Source of the DNA: Mobula hypostoma
Lineage: Eukaryota
NCBI RefSeq assembly: GCF_963921235.1
Contig: NC_086097.1
Location: forward strand, 37,202,001-37,266,000
Length of the DNA stretch: 64,000 nt
Reading direction: 5' to 3'
Part shown: one piece after another, positions 1 through 12,553 of the stretch
How positions within the stretch are numbered: position 1 is the stretch's first letter
Layout: each line of letters opens with the position of its first letter
Notes under the pieces: generated by a model
What the model was told of the DNA's origin: nothing
What the model saw: only the letters and a program-made list of their open reading frames with translations
Databases searched by the model: none
Program-made: the position numbers and the translations under genes

Positions 1-755
1 CTTGTCCACGCGTCCCTCCCCACTGATCGCCCTCCTGACACTTACCCTTGCAAGCGGAACAAGAGCTACACCTACCCCTATACCTCCTCTCTCACTTCAG
101 GGCCCCAAACAGTCCTTTGAGGTGAGGCAACACTCTACCTGTGAGTCTGTTGGGGTCACATACTGTGTCCTGAGCTCCTGATGTGGCCTCCTGCATATCG
201 GTGAGACCTGACGTAGATTGGGAGACTGCTTCACCAAGCACCTATGCTTTATCCACCAGAAAAAGCAGGATCTTCCAGTAGCCACCCATTTTAATTCCAC
301 TTCCCATTCCGATATGTCTGGGTAACCTCCAACCTGATGGCATGAATATTGATTTCTCGAACTTCCGGTAATGGACCCCCATCCCCTTTTCCCTTTCTCA
401 CCTTATCTCCTTACCTACCCATTGCCTCTCTCTGGTGCTCCTCCCCCTTTTCTTTCTTCCATGGCCCTCTGTCCTCTCCCATTAGATTACCCCTTCTCCA
501 GCCCTGTACCTCTTTCACCAATCAACCTCCCAGCTCTTTACTTCACACACCTTTCACCTTGTGTTCCTCCTTCCCCACCCCCCCAAACCTTTCAACTCCA
601 ACTCCTTATCTTTTTCTCTCCAGTCCTGCTGAAGAGTCTCAGCCCGAAACATGGACTATACTCTTTTCCATTAATGTCCATAGATTCTGCCTGATCTACT
701 GAGTTCCTAAAGCATTTTGTGTGTGTTGTTTGGATTTCCAGCATCTGCAGATTTT
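1..755 (+). mobile_element. Penelope-like (Neptune-type) retroelement 3' fragment: decayed GIY-YIG coding region, pyrimidine-rich 3' UTR and degenerate hammerhead (621-658)
   Basis: Homologous to the better-preserved copy at 45243-46168 (shared cagggccccaaacagtcctt..gaggcaacac..acctgtgagtc motifs). Confidence 0.85.
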
Positions 756-769
756 CTTGTTAGTCATTA

Positions 770-1093
770 CACCTCAATCATCAGGCTCTTGTACCAGAGC
801 AGATAACTTCACTCGCCCAATCACTGAACTGTTGCCACAACAGTTGCTCACTCTCAAAGACTCTTCATCTTATGTTCTCCATATTTATTACTTACTTATT
901 TTTCTTTTTTTTTTCTTTCTTTTTGTATTTGTACAGTTTGCTGTCTTTTGCTCACTGGATGTCCACCCCACTGGCCCCGTCTTTCATTGATTCCATTGTG
1001 GTTATTGGATTTTTGAGTATGCTGGCAAGAAAATGAATCTCAGGGTTGTATATGGTGACATATATGTACTTTGATGACAATTTACTTTGAACT
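770..1093 (+). mobile_element. Rex1/Babar-type LINE 3' UTR fragment
   Basis: Resembles the reverse complement of 33870-34200; ends in gacaatttactttgaact. Confidence 0.55.
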
Positions 1094-2316
1094 GACCCAA
1101 TTCCTTCAAGACAATTCTCTTCAAGCCTATTCCCGTTCCATCCAAAATGCTCAAATCATTAATGCCAAAATTATCCATGAAATCCTATGAAGGTGGTGCA
1201 ATAACCATCCACGGAAATACTAACCCTCACTTATGATTACCTATGGAACTCATTATGCCTCCCAAGCTTAACTTTACAAATACTTAACCATCCAGATATA
1301 TGAAACATATCCTATTCCTTTTCATCCCCACTAAATCCCATCCTTTTACTGGCTTGTTCCCATTATTACAATTTTAACTTCAGATCCGCCACAGCTTTTC
1401 TACTTTCTCCAATATCTTATAACAACCTTCTTGCACACAGCCTTATATCTCAGTTTTATATACTAAAGTCCTACTTCCATAGTTCAATAATCTTCAATCA
1501 TCTTACTCTCTTATCTTTTTTCATCTCGTATTCCTCTGTTTTCAGCTGCTTTAAAAGAACTCAAGGCCAATAAAAAAAAGGGGTCAAATTTACTTTTACA
1601 CTTGGGTGCATCTTCTGCATCAATCCAGGTAAGAGTGATAATTTCAAATGCACTATAGAAACCGAGGTATATAAAGACATCGGAGAAAATAAAAATACAG
1701 TACATGGGGAACTCTCATGAATATAATAGGCTGAATTCAAATCCTGAAAACTACATTATTTAGGCAAACTTTACTCCTTGAAAAGTTAATGACATTTAAA
1801 ATACAGGGCTGAAAGTATGCTTTCAGGAGGAAAAGAATAGCATGATGGAAAAAACGTTATTTTGGTTTCCAAAAGGCTCCCAATAAGATTCCCAGCAAAT
1901 AATGAACAAACAAAATAGATCCAATGGAGTGAAAGAGAATTAGTTAAAGAAGTAACAAGTTGCTGTTATAACTGAAACAAAGGGTGATTTAAATAATGCA
2001 TTCCAAATAGGATATGGACAGAAGTGAAATACTGAGAGCTACACCACCAAATTGAAAATCTTAATATTTGTTAAAAATGTGAGGATGCAGACCAGATTAC
2101 GTAAAGTAACATGCCATAGTATATGTGGTAGTGTCTAACCACATGGGAAATAATTGCATATTAATTGGAATTGTAAATGGATCTTGTTTTGTATTATATA
2201 CAGACCCATGATGTTTAATAAAAGGTTGTATTTTTAAGAAAATTAAAATTGATCATTACCTCCTAAAATTTCATGAGGCTAAACCCAGAAACAACTACAA
2301 ACCAAGAGCTTAAATA

Positions 2317-5300
2317 TAGGTTGAATACCACATCCAAAATCCTTGAGGCTGGAAGACTTTCAGATTTTTTGGAATATATAATGAGACAGCTTGGGATCGT
2401 GGTCATTTCTGACTCAGAGCTTATGTGCTACTGATAAACAGTCTATGTCCTGCACTTGCTCAAATGTGCTTAACAGTAAAATAAAATTATTTCATATCAT
2501 TAATATAATGAAAATAAAATGTGTGTAGGGGAACAAAAGCAGCACAGCTGCATCGGGAGAATATCTGAATCAGCTGTTGAACAACAACAAACAACAGCAG
2601 GCTTTCAGTCTCCACCTATGATGCCGTGTTTTGATTAAAAGGTTACAATACACTGTATTTATATTTCAGTTTTCTTAGGCTTTATGTAAGGTATAAAACA
2701 AAAGATTGAATTTATTTACAAATTAATGAAAACGTGACAAAAGTCAGCATTTTATTTATAAATCAATAATGGCGCTGGCCATGTTACACTCAAAAACATA
2801 AGATTTCAGATGGAGATGAAATTCAGATTTTATGCAAAAATGTTTTGTAATTACCAAAAAAAAGTGATTATCTTCACTTACAAAAGCAGAAAGTGCAGCA
2901 CCAAACACAACTACATCAGGTCTAAGAAACCTGAGGGACAGGGTACATCATCGTGGTTGAAGGACCTGGAGGTGGATTCTCTCAGGATGAGGAGGCACTG
3001 TGCTGGATGACTTTTTAAAATGCTTCTTCCATTGTTGTCCACCTCATTAACAAGGGCTTTTGTCATAGCAATCTTTTCTCCACTTTATAAACCGACTTGA
3101 TTTCTTGTTTTGTTATGAACGAACGCTGTTCTACCCCTCAGTAAGTCCATTACATTTTCACCATGGTATCTCTGGGTACGTTTTCTACTGCATTTACAAT
3201 ATCATCTTCACTATTTTCATCACAATCACTTTGATTCAGAAACATCTCAGCTATTTCACCACAGGTCACTGAATGAACAACTGGAGCCTCATTATTGGTC
3301 AAGAACTTCTTTGATATCTAATTCCTCCAGCTCATTGACAGACTCTGAAGGTATCCCTTTTGCGTAATGAAGGAGTTCTGATATCGCCTTTCTCTCACTT
3401 GACACACGTAATCCTTCAAGCTCATTACTTTGTTCATCACCATTGCTGAACATAGTCATAGTCCAGATGTCGTGCCAGGCATGCATAAGTGCGTCTTTAG
3501 TTCGTGCTCCACATGTTGACATAGGCTAAACTCTTTTTGGAAACCTTCCACACTCATGCCTCTGTTCACTGCTGTGAGCATGCTATTCAAGAAATTGCCC
3601 TTATATTTAATCTTCATTGATCTAAGCATACTGTAGTGTTTTCATGCAGTGTGTTGAAACTCTGACTAAACACCAAGTTAAACCGGAGCAAGAGTCGTAG
3701 TAAGGTTAACCATTTACTGTGCACTCTTCCACATTAACGTCGCGTGGTGAAAACTGTTGATATAAAAATACAAACATATACAGCGTCTGTTTCATTCTGG
3801 AGACCACGTGCGCTCTCTTCTTTTAGCGAGTGTCTCCAGCCGCCCCGAGTAGCACCAAACCGCCATCGGGCTTGAGCCAGCCCCACATTTGAAATTGAAA
3901 AGCTGACACGCGCGCCGCCCCAACCGCCGCTTCCTTAACAGAAACCGCATTAATATTTTTACTTCAAATACATTCTTATGAACTTACGGCGTTGCTTCTA
4001 TAATGTTTCTTTGTGGGTAGAAATGGAGCTCTTCACGATCACACCGCACGCATGGCACCCACCTTCACACCTTTTCCGAACCGGAGGTTATACATAAGAC
4101 ACAGTGAAACCGGAGGTGACATCATCACATGCCGCAATATACCGTAGACAATGAATTTACCTTTGTTAGACTGTAACTTAATTATCAACCTCTAACTTTA
4201 ACTAGCAAATAGTTACAAACAAATCATTTAAAGCATAGACCCAACAAAGTCAAATAAATGCCTTAAGGACAACACAGATACCTTGGTCACATGGCTTAAT
4301 TAATACAGTCACATTTGGGGGAAAGTACATGACATAAACACTATCTTTGATGAGAAATTCAGTTGGAGGATGAGTAGAACAGTTGTCAAGGAATAATAAA
4401 ATCTTGCAGTTGTCATCCAGTCCAGCTTCCCTGCAGTGGGCATAAACCACTGAAACAAAATGTTTGTGAAACCAATCAGTAAAGGTGTCCTTGGTGATCC
4501 ATGCCCTTTTGTTAGCATAATGAATGGATTGGTAAGGTATTCACTCCTTTAAAACAGTGAGGACACAAGCTTTTGCCTACCACAGCAAGTCACACTTATG
4601 CATGCCTACAGCATTAACACATCCCAACAGAGTTATTCTGTCCTTGGCATTCTTAATTCCTGTGGGAGCTTTCTCATCAGCTGTAGTCAGTGGCTTCCTG
4701 GGGCAATAACTTCAGAACAATGATGTCTCATCAACACTGCAGACTCGTTCTGGTATCAGTGATGATCTTGGCCAACTCAACAATTATTTTTTCTGCTGCT
4801 TTATCGCCACAAATCTTTACAAATTTATGCCGTGCTTTTTCTTAAATTTCTATAACAAGCCTGCTGAATATTCACAATTACTTTCAATATTCAGTTAGTT
4901 TTGATAGATCTTTGCTTGTTTCATTATCAACATACCGTTAAGCAGCATACGTTCACTCTGATGCTGACGAATCCACTCTTTAAATACATTTTTCACTTTG
5001 TGCACTATTTTCCTATTGTTCATTAACTTCTGTACATTACTTTCAGCATAGAACTTAAAACAGTTTATCATTCTGTTTCTTCAGATCTTATACGGTGGTT
5101 GTCCCAACATTATACTCCTCTGTAAAATGCCTTACACTTACACCACAGTCAAGTTTTTCCAACAACTTGACTTTCTGCTTTAAAGAAAAACATAAGTGTG
5201 TCCTCTTTTTCTTTTCATCATTACCCATAAGGGTAAATGCAGGCCTTTTTGACTTTTTCTACAATATCTCCATAGCACAGAGCAGCGAATAATGCAAAAC

Positions 5301-5547
5301 ACCATGAGAATTGCATGAAGGTCAGGCGATGATGACTACTGAAAACAAACTGGAACCAACAGGACCCCATTCACGGTATATGAGATCACTTCTCAGAACT
5401 GTGTGTTGTGTAGAGACCTGTGCATCAACTGGAAACCTTCCCAGTGCCTTGTAGAATTTCCTATTTGTGATGTCATGTCAGTGCTCAAAAATATTTTGGA
5501 CTGGAGGTTTTCGATTTTGGAATTTCAGATAAGTGGTACGCAACCTG
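2317..5547 (-). mobile_element. Tigger/pogo-family DNA transposon, decayed, full length (Tigger4/Zombi-like ends)
   Basis: TIRs TAGGTTGAATACCA (2317) and CAGGTTGCGTACCA (reverse complement ending 5547), each flanked by TA. Minus-strand CENP-B-type HTH remnants (~5090-5210) and DDE_1 fragment LLFLDNCSTHP...FPPNVTVLIKPCDQGI (ORF 4250..4450). Confidence 0.9.
3632..4276. mobile_element. Solo LTR inserted in the Tigger transposase
   Basis: TGT...ACA termini, 5-bp TSD CATAC/GATAC. Excision restores CAA GGT ATC CTT AGA (QGILR). CpG-rich interior. Confidence 0.8.
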
Positions 5548-5756
5548 TATTACTTTATTCTTATTCTGGAGTACTGTGTATAATCTTAGTCTCAAGGAAA
5601 AAAACCAATATGGTTCCAATCTTCTGACAACAAAGCTGATGCAGCCTTAGTGAAAGAGTGAATAAGAAAGATTAAATAATTCTCAAGAAAAAATATTTTC
5701 TATAGAGAAATAAATATTCTAGTCTATCTGTGGCTAACCAAAGAAGTTAAGAATGG

Positions 5757-6381
5757 CAACACAACAAAATGCTGGTGGAATGCAGCAGGCCAGGCAGCAT
5801 CTATAGGAAGAAGTACAGTCAACGTGTCGGGTCGAGACCCTTCATCAGGACTAACGGAAAAAAGAGATAGTAAGAGATTTGAAAGTGGGGGGCGGGGAGG
5901 GACAGACCCGAAATTTAGGAGAAGACTGGAAGGGGAGGGATGAAGCTAAGAGCTGGGAAGTTGATTGGCAAAATGAAGGGGGAGTATGATAGGACGGAAG
6001 GCCTTGGAAGAAAGAAAGTGGGAGGGGAGCACCAGAGGAAGATGGAGAACAGGCAAGGGGTTGTGAGAGGGAAAGACAGAAGGAAAAAAAATAAAATAAA
6101 ATAAAAATTAGGGATGGGGTAAGAAGGGGAGGAGGGGCATTAACAGAAGTTAGAGAAATCAATGTTTATGCCATCAGGTTGGAGGCTACCCAGACGGAAT
6201 ATAAGGTGTTGTTCCTCCAACCTGAGTGTGGCTTCATCTTAACAGTAGAGGAGGCCATAGATTGACATATCGGAATGGGGATGGGACGTGGAAATAAAAT
6301 GTGTGGCCACTGGGAGATCCTGCTTCCTCTGGCGGACAAAGCGTAGGTGTTCAGCAAAGCAGTCTCCCAATCTGCGTCGGT
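5757..6381 (-). mobile_element. Penelope-like 3' fragment (C-terminal GIY-YIG, 3' UTR, hammerhead with GAAA>GACA at 5816-5853)
   Basis: Closely similar to the reverse complement of ~45530-46168. Confidence 0.9.
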
Positions 6382-6566
6382 ATTGAATGGGAAGCCATTT
6401 AATGTTTAAATATTAGTGGTAGACTAGAAGATTGAAAAAAAAAGGCAGTTCAAAAAGTAAGAAGAAACAGAACATGAGAATAAGGCACCAAGAAATTTAA
6501 TTAAAAGACAGCATGTATATTTACGATTCCTTCACTCAGATAAGAATCTGAAACAAACCAACTGAC

Positions 6567-6670
6567 CAGTTTTAACTTGTTTCTGTAAATAATGTCCTTA
6601 TTATCCTTCTGATACTGCTCCATTTTTCTTTTGGTGTTTTCCACATCCATATTGTTGGTCAGATTACTCA
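6567..6670 (-). CDS. MNAT1: MNAT1 coding exon 4 ([35 protein letters not shown])
   Basis: Acceptor ttttttgcag|TG, donor CTG|gtcagt, 104 nt. Lies inside ORF 6501..6722 and matches MAT1. Confidence 0.95.
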
Positions 6671-7611
6671 CTGCAAAAAAATTGTAGTTTCTGAACAATT
6701 GCAAAAATCCCATATCTACCACTTACACAGAAGTTGCTAAATTAAATTTCCAGTTAATGTTTTTCAAAATTAATTATTGAATTAACCAGAATAGGTTGCA
6801 ATCACCTCTTTAAATGACCCTTTTCTACTCCACTTCTAAGGAGTGTAAGATACCCATGTCTTGTGATAGCCAATGTACGCCAGCTATCATCCAGACATGA
6901 CACTAATAGAAGGCTTTGGTCCAAAAGCAAAGTAGTACAAGACCAGACCCTGTTCCATGGACCTAGCATGCATACAATAAGGGGAAAAAAACTCCCCCCA
7001 CCCCCCCCCGACATCCCCATTCCCTCAGTCTCCATAACCCTGCCACCCTTCCCCTTGTGTCAGCTTCATAAAACTCCTTCCCTCTTAGCTACCTCCACCT
7101 CATTCACCCCTCATATGAATCAGGTGTATTTTAATGGAGAGGGGTAGTTCTATGCTACTTTCAAGATTTATTTGATTACCTGAATTTAATTTCCTCAGCT
7201 GCCATAGAGGCATTTAAGCTTGCAACAATAGGTCAATTGCCGAAACAAATGAGTGACTTTTATCTACTCTAAGATTTTAAATACTCTGCATGCTTCACAT
7301 GGCATCTCAGGACCTCACAGTGCTGTTTGCATCTAAGCACATCAGAGAGGTAAGCCAACACCTGCTTTCCTGCACAATAACTTTCAATGATTTGTGTGCA
7401 CAAACATCTTTTTTCCAAAAAGCAACACCTTTCAACCTCACAAAATTTCAATAAAAATACTTTGAATTTTCCTTGAATAATTTTCCTCATAACTGCCCAT
7501 ACCATGTTACATACTGTGTCTATGCCTATTTACTTTCACTATTTCTGTACATCCCCACCACAATTCACATTGAATCTAATTAAACTGCTGTGAGGTTAAT
7601 AGACAAAACAA

Positions 7612-9725
7612 TGTAACACACATGAGATGCTGGAGGAACTCAGCAAATTACAGTGCCTTGAGAAGTATTCAGCCCTCAACCTTTTGTTCACATAAATGAG
7701 TATCACAACCAGGGATTGTGATCAACTAAGAACTTTTATTTGTGAATAACATGCTCCATTTTTCACAGTAGAACCCCCGCTCCCAAAAAAAGGGAAAATT
7801 GTAAAGCATGAAATTCAAAAACTGAAATGTCAGCATTTCAAAAGTATTCATCCCCCTTTGCTCAGTATTTAGTTGAACCACCTCTCACAGCTTTTACAGC
7901 CTTTTTGGATCTGTCTCTATCAGCTTTGCAAGTGTGATGGAGCAAGATTTGCCCATTCCTCCTTCAAAAATTGCTCAAGCTGTGCCAGGTTAGTTGGAGA
8001 GTGGTGGTGAACAGAAATCTTGAGGTCTTGCCAGAGATATTGATAGGGTTAAGGTCAGAACTCTGAGTGGGCCACTCAAGGACATCAATTTTCTTCATAT
8101 GAACCCACTCCATGGTTGCTCTGGCAGTGTGCTTTGAGTTGTTGTCCTGTTGCAAGGTAACTTCCTTCCCAGTTTAAGCTTTCTGGAGAGGCAAGCAGGT
8201 TTTTATCCAGGACCTCTCTGTATTTAGCAGCATTCACCTTCCCACCAATCCTGACCAGATTTCCAATCCCTGCTGCCAAAATCCAACCCCACAGCATGGT
8301 GCTACCTCCACTATACTTTACAGTAGTGATAGTGTTAACCTGGCTGATACGTAGCATTAGATTTACGCTACACAAACTGCATACTATTGAGGCCAAAAAG
8401 TTTCACTTCATCTCATTCGACCACAAGACCTTCTTTCACTTCTTTACAGTATCTTCTAAGTGATGTTTGCAAAGTCTTTACAGGCAAAGATATGGGTTTT
8501 TTTTTTAGCCTTGGGCTTCTTCCTTGCCACTCTTCCATAAATACCCTTTTTGTGCAAGGCCTTAAGAGATTGTAGAGCCATGAACTTCACCTCCAGTTGC
8601 AACCACTGATTTCTGCAGCTCACTCAGAATGACTACTAGAGACAGTAATCTCTCTCACAGTGCCATTCTCCTCTGGCGACTAAGTTTAGAGGGGTGACCT
8701 CTGCAGTGTGGCTGTTGATTCATATTTTTTCTTTCTCTCAATAGACTGCACTGAGCTCCAAGCTATGTGCCCTTCAGATGGTCTTGTATCTTTCCCCAGA
8801 TCTGTGCTTCTCTATTATCATTTCCCTGACTTATCTTGAATGCTTTTTCATATTCAGTTTGGTCTGTTGAAAAATCTACGATATTGTCATACTTCAAGAG
8901 AGAGAGGGTACTTGCAGTATTCTTATGAATTAATTGAAAACAGATAATTCTCCAAATTTCTAAATAAATAAATTGGGTGAGTTGGTTAGGTAATATATTG
9001 CCACTGCGGAAAGTTATTATCATAATTACAAAGTAGATGAATACTTTTTCTGCCTCATAATTTTGGTTTTTAATTTTTAGTAAATTGACAGGTTTGGGGA
9101 TTTTTCTTTTGATTTGACATGAGCCACAATGTTTTGTAAATTAGATCAATACATTTCAAATTTTGAAAAAGAGACAGTAAAATGTGAAAATAGTTGTGGG
9201 GGATGAATATTTTTTCAAGGCACTATATGTAACATCTACGGAGAGGAATAATGACATTTCAGGCCAAGACCCTTCATCAGGACTGTAAAGCAAGGGGGCA
9301 GAAGCCAGAAAAATAAGGTAAAGGGAGGAGAAAGAGTTCAAGTTGGCAGATGATAGGTGAGACCAGTTGAGGGGAAGGTGTGTGAGAGAGGGGGAATGAA
9401 GTAAAAAGCTGGGAGGGAATAGATAGAAGAGATAAAAGGCTGAAGGAGGAGGATTTTTTTTTTGCATAGTAGGGGAATTAAGTATTATGAGGAAAAGGCA
9501 GGTAGGTAGGTGGAGGTGAATCCATGGCCAGGTCAGCCATAATCTTGTTGAAGGGCGGAGCAGCCTCGATAGGCCAAATGGCCTACTCCTGCGCCTATTT
9601 CTTAAGTTATTACATTCTTAATCTAATCAGAAAAGACAATGGACTATAGAAGAAAGGGAAGGAGGAGAACCAGAGGGAGAGGACGGGCAGGTAAGAAGAA
9701 GAAGAGGGTAACCAGAAAGAATGGA
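7612..9725 (-). mobile_element. Penelope-like 3' UTR fragment split by the Tc1 insertion (7651-9225) and by a short CR1 tail (~9465-9615)
   Basis: gctggaggaactcagca left of the Tc1 continues as catctacggagagg...gacccttcatcaggactg right of it. Confidence 0.75.
7651..9225 (-). mobile_element. Tc1-family (IR/DR type) DNA transposon, decayed
   Basis: TA-CAGTGCCTTG...CAAGGCACT(A)-TA ends. Inner repeats aaagtattcatc (~7841) and gatgaatacttt (~9036). Transposase fragments [32 protein letters not shown] (ORFs 8085..8396, 7964..8155). Confidence 0.92.
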
Positions 9726-10547
9726 AAAATCTATCAAAATGTTGAACATCCATGAGACAAGACAAAACACTATTTTACCAAGAAAAATGTTAAATGTTTC
9801 AGTACATAAAACAGCTTCAAGAATAACAAATAATAATGTGGTGTAACGATGAAGACAAAAAGGACATTTAGTTCTTTTATAAACTGCTTGATCATCTATT
9901 AGAAAATAATGCATTTTTATTCTAAATGCTACTCATTTAATTGGATACTGACATAGTATAAATATGACTACTTCAGGGCAAACAACCCATTTTCCAGGTT
10001 ACAGTTAGAAAACTGGTGAACAAAATTTACAACATCTGTACCACAGTCTTTTACAAGAAACTGTTCTTGCTTTCTTTATTTCATAATTGGAAACTATTAA
10101 CAGTGAAGTATTTTTCAGTTTCATCCACTGCCAACACATAAAATATATTCTCATTGAATAAGAATCAAACAGGGTGGAAACAAGCCCTATGGCCCATCAA
10201 ATCCAGGTCAACCAGTAATTTGCATCAATCCTACACTATTCTTTTACATTTACACTATCCATAATCACACATTGCCATCAACCCCAGATTCTACTTATAT
10301 TGAAAAAAGTATCCAATACTGGAAAGTCAAGTTTCTTTCAAATAATGCAAACATGTTCCTACAGTCATATTTTGATTAAAATGTTTATGGGAGAAAGTAC
10401 AAAGGAGAAGGTGGTTTGAATGTATTTATCTATGTGAATGACTCTTTTTACTGGGCAAATCAGGATGAGCAATAAATGTTGACACTGGCAGGTTAACCAC
10501 ATTTTGTAGATAATTTAAAAAGTGGGAGTCTATTCATTTAAACTTAC

Positions 10548-10621
10548 CAATGTCTTCAATCTCTTCAAGAAAGTCATTGTATTCCTTAAGAGTCTGGAAG
10601 TCTTCTTCTCTTTTGTTGTAT
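10548..10621 (-). CDS. MNAT1: MNAT1 coding exon 3 (YNKREEDFQTLKEYNDFLEEIEDI)
   Basis: 74 nt, acceptor gatatgaag|A, donor G|gtaag. Phase-compatible with exons 2 and 4. Peptide matches the MAT1 centre region. Confidence 0.95.
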
Positions 10622-11194
10622 CTTCATATCAAAATGGAGAAAAAGAGAGAATGAGCAAACTTAAAATTAAATATCATAAATCTAAATAATAAGGAACAAT
10701 TACACAATATTCAAATAAAAAATTGAACTTTTAAAAAATTTCAGCAAACTGTCCATTCTGAAAATTTTTGATGTATAGACATCCAGTTCCAGGAGCCATG
10801 GTGGGTCTTAAGATTTGCCCTGCACTTTTCTTTGGTGAATGAATGCCTTTAATAAATAATTACCCTTAATAATTCCTATTTTCACTGAATTTGGTGCACT
10901 CATATATCAAGCCTTGAAACCCATAGTTACATAAGACATTTGGCATATTTGACAGGTTGACTTTCTATAGAACAAAATAGGCTCTAATGGACAAAAGACT
11001 TGAGCTAATATTGACTCACAAATAAAAATCTTAGCTACAGAAAGGGAGAAACAATCAATTCAGATTTACAGATTAGTTGGTTTAACAACAGTGATAACAA
11101 ACATACCAACATCTCTGCTAAAAGATGAGGTAGTCAGCACTTACTTCCCGGTTGATTAGCATTCAAAATGATGATCTTGTGTAGATACTGAAGT

Positions 11195-11830
11195 GATAAA
11201 TGAATACTTTGCACCTATCGTTAACAAGGAAAATCAAAAATCACAGCAAAAGGGAAGTACTGAGAAAATGGTGGGCAGTGTAAAAAGTCGTTATCGTTAA
11301 AATTGTTAATGGTGTATATTTCATTGATAAGGAACTTCACAAAGGACATCTGAAACCTCCATGTAGTCTAGAAGCTACCAAACATTTTGGAAGGAAAAAG
11401 TTAAATTTCAAGAAGCATTGGTAAAGGGAGGAAGTGGGGATATGTTACTGAGATTGATGATCAGTCATGATCATTTTGTGCGAGAAATCAGCTATTTTCT
11501 ATTTCAATTTCTATATTTACACCTATAAACTAGATTCATGCTGAGTAGTCTGTTGGTGTCCTTTGAGGTTGTGATTAGTAAAATAGATTAAAGGGAAACA
11601 GTGGCTGCAGTATATTTAGATTTTCTGAATGCTTTCAATCAGGTTCCATACCAGAGACTGGTCAATAAAGTCACAGCACGTATAGGAGGTAATCTGGCAT
11701 GAACTGGTTATTCCACAGAAAGGAAACATGGGAATAGAGAAACCTTGGTATGATTTTAAATACAAAAGTGAATATAAAGTGGGATTAAAGCACAGTGAGT
11801 GGGTGAAAACATGTTAGATTGAAAGTAATT
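11195..11830 (+). mobile_element. Old, highly decayed CR1 ORF2 remnants
   Basis: Recognisable motifs such as aatgaatactttgca and gtatatttagattttctgaatgctttcaatcaggttcc (VYLDF..AF..VP). Confidence 0.6.
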
Positions 11831-12400
11831 AAGGAACTCGTTCAAATTACAAATGTTGCAAAAAATTGTTCCATTTGTGGATGTGTCCATAACAAATAAT
11901 AGATCAATTAAATATTGAGGAATTTCTTTATTTGGAGTATTGAAATATTACTAATTACTGCTTATTGAAATTGTTGGGAGTTGGCACAAAAATATTCAAG
12001 AAATATTTTCATATATGCAAATATACAAGATATATTTGGTATATACGGTAGAAGCAACATATTGGCACTGTACAGAGGCTCAGGTAAAGTTCCAACACTG
12101 CCATTGTCTAGTTAGATCAAGTTTCCTGATATATAAAAAAAACAAAAAACTAAAACGGTGGAAATCTGAAATATAAAAAGAAAATGTTAGAAACTCACAG
12201 TAGGTCAGGCAGCATATGTAAGGAAAAAAAACAAAGTTAATGTCTCAGTCACTGACTGAAAAGTCAGAATAATTCAGAACTGATTATTTTCATTTTCTAT
12301 TTTTAGCATTAAATAGCTTGTTACTATACTTTATATTCCATCAACTCATGCTAACCATCTTCACGAATACTACCGAAAAGCAGAAGTAATGTTCCCTTAC

Positions 12401-12553
12401 ATTTTTAATACTTTCTTTCGAATCTCTACCTCCTTATCAACAGTTGGATCTTCAAAGAGTTGCACTCTGAAATTGTTCTTTCGTAGCGTTGTACCACATT
12501 CCTGGCAGTTTCCAGAACCTCTGATAAATAACAGTTCCACACAGCTCTCGCAT
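12401..12553 (-). CDS. MNAT1: MNAT1 coding exon 2 ([51 protein letters not shown])
   Basis: Acceptor tttttaacag|A, donor AT|gtaag, 153 nt. Phase joins exon 1 (CT+A = Leu) and completes the RING finger. Confidence 0.97.

Noticed and set aside
1..6566. MNAT1 exon 5 (coiled-coil, TREQEELEEAL-like)
   Set aside because: No matching peptide with splice sites found by eye. ORF 1511..1705 does not resemble it. Probably left of the window.
6800..7150. Possible intronic snoRNA or small ORF in MNAT1 intron 3
   Set aside because: No C/D or H/ACA box arrangement with terminal stems could be supported; ORFs are low complexity.
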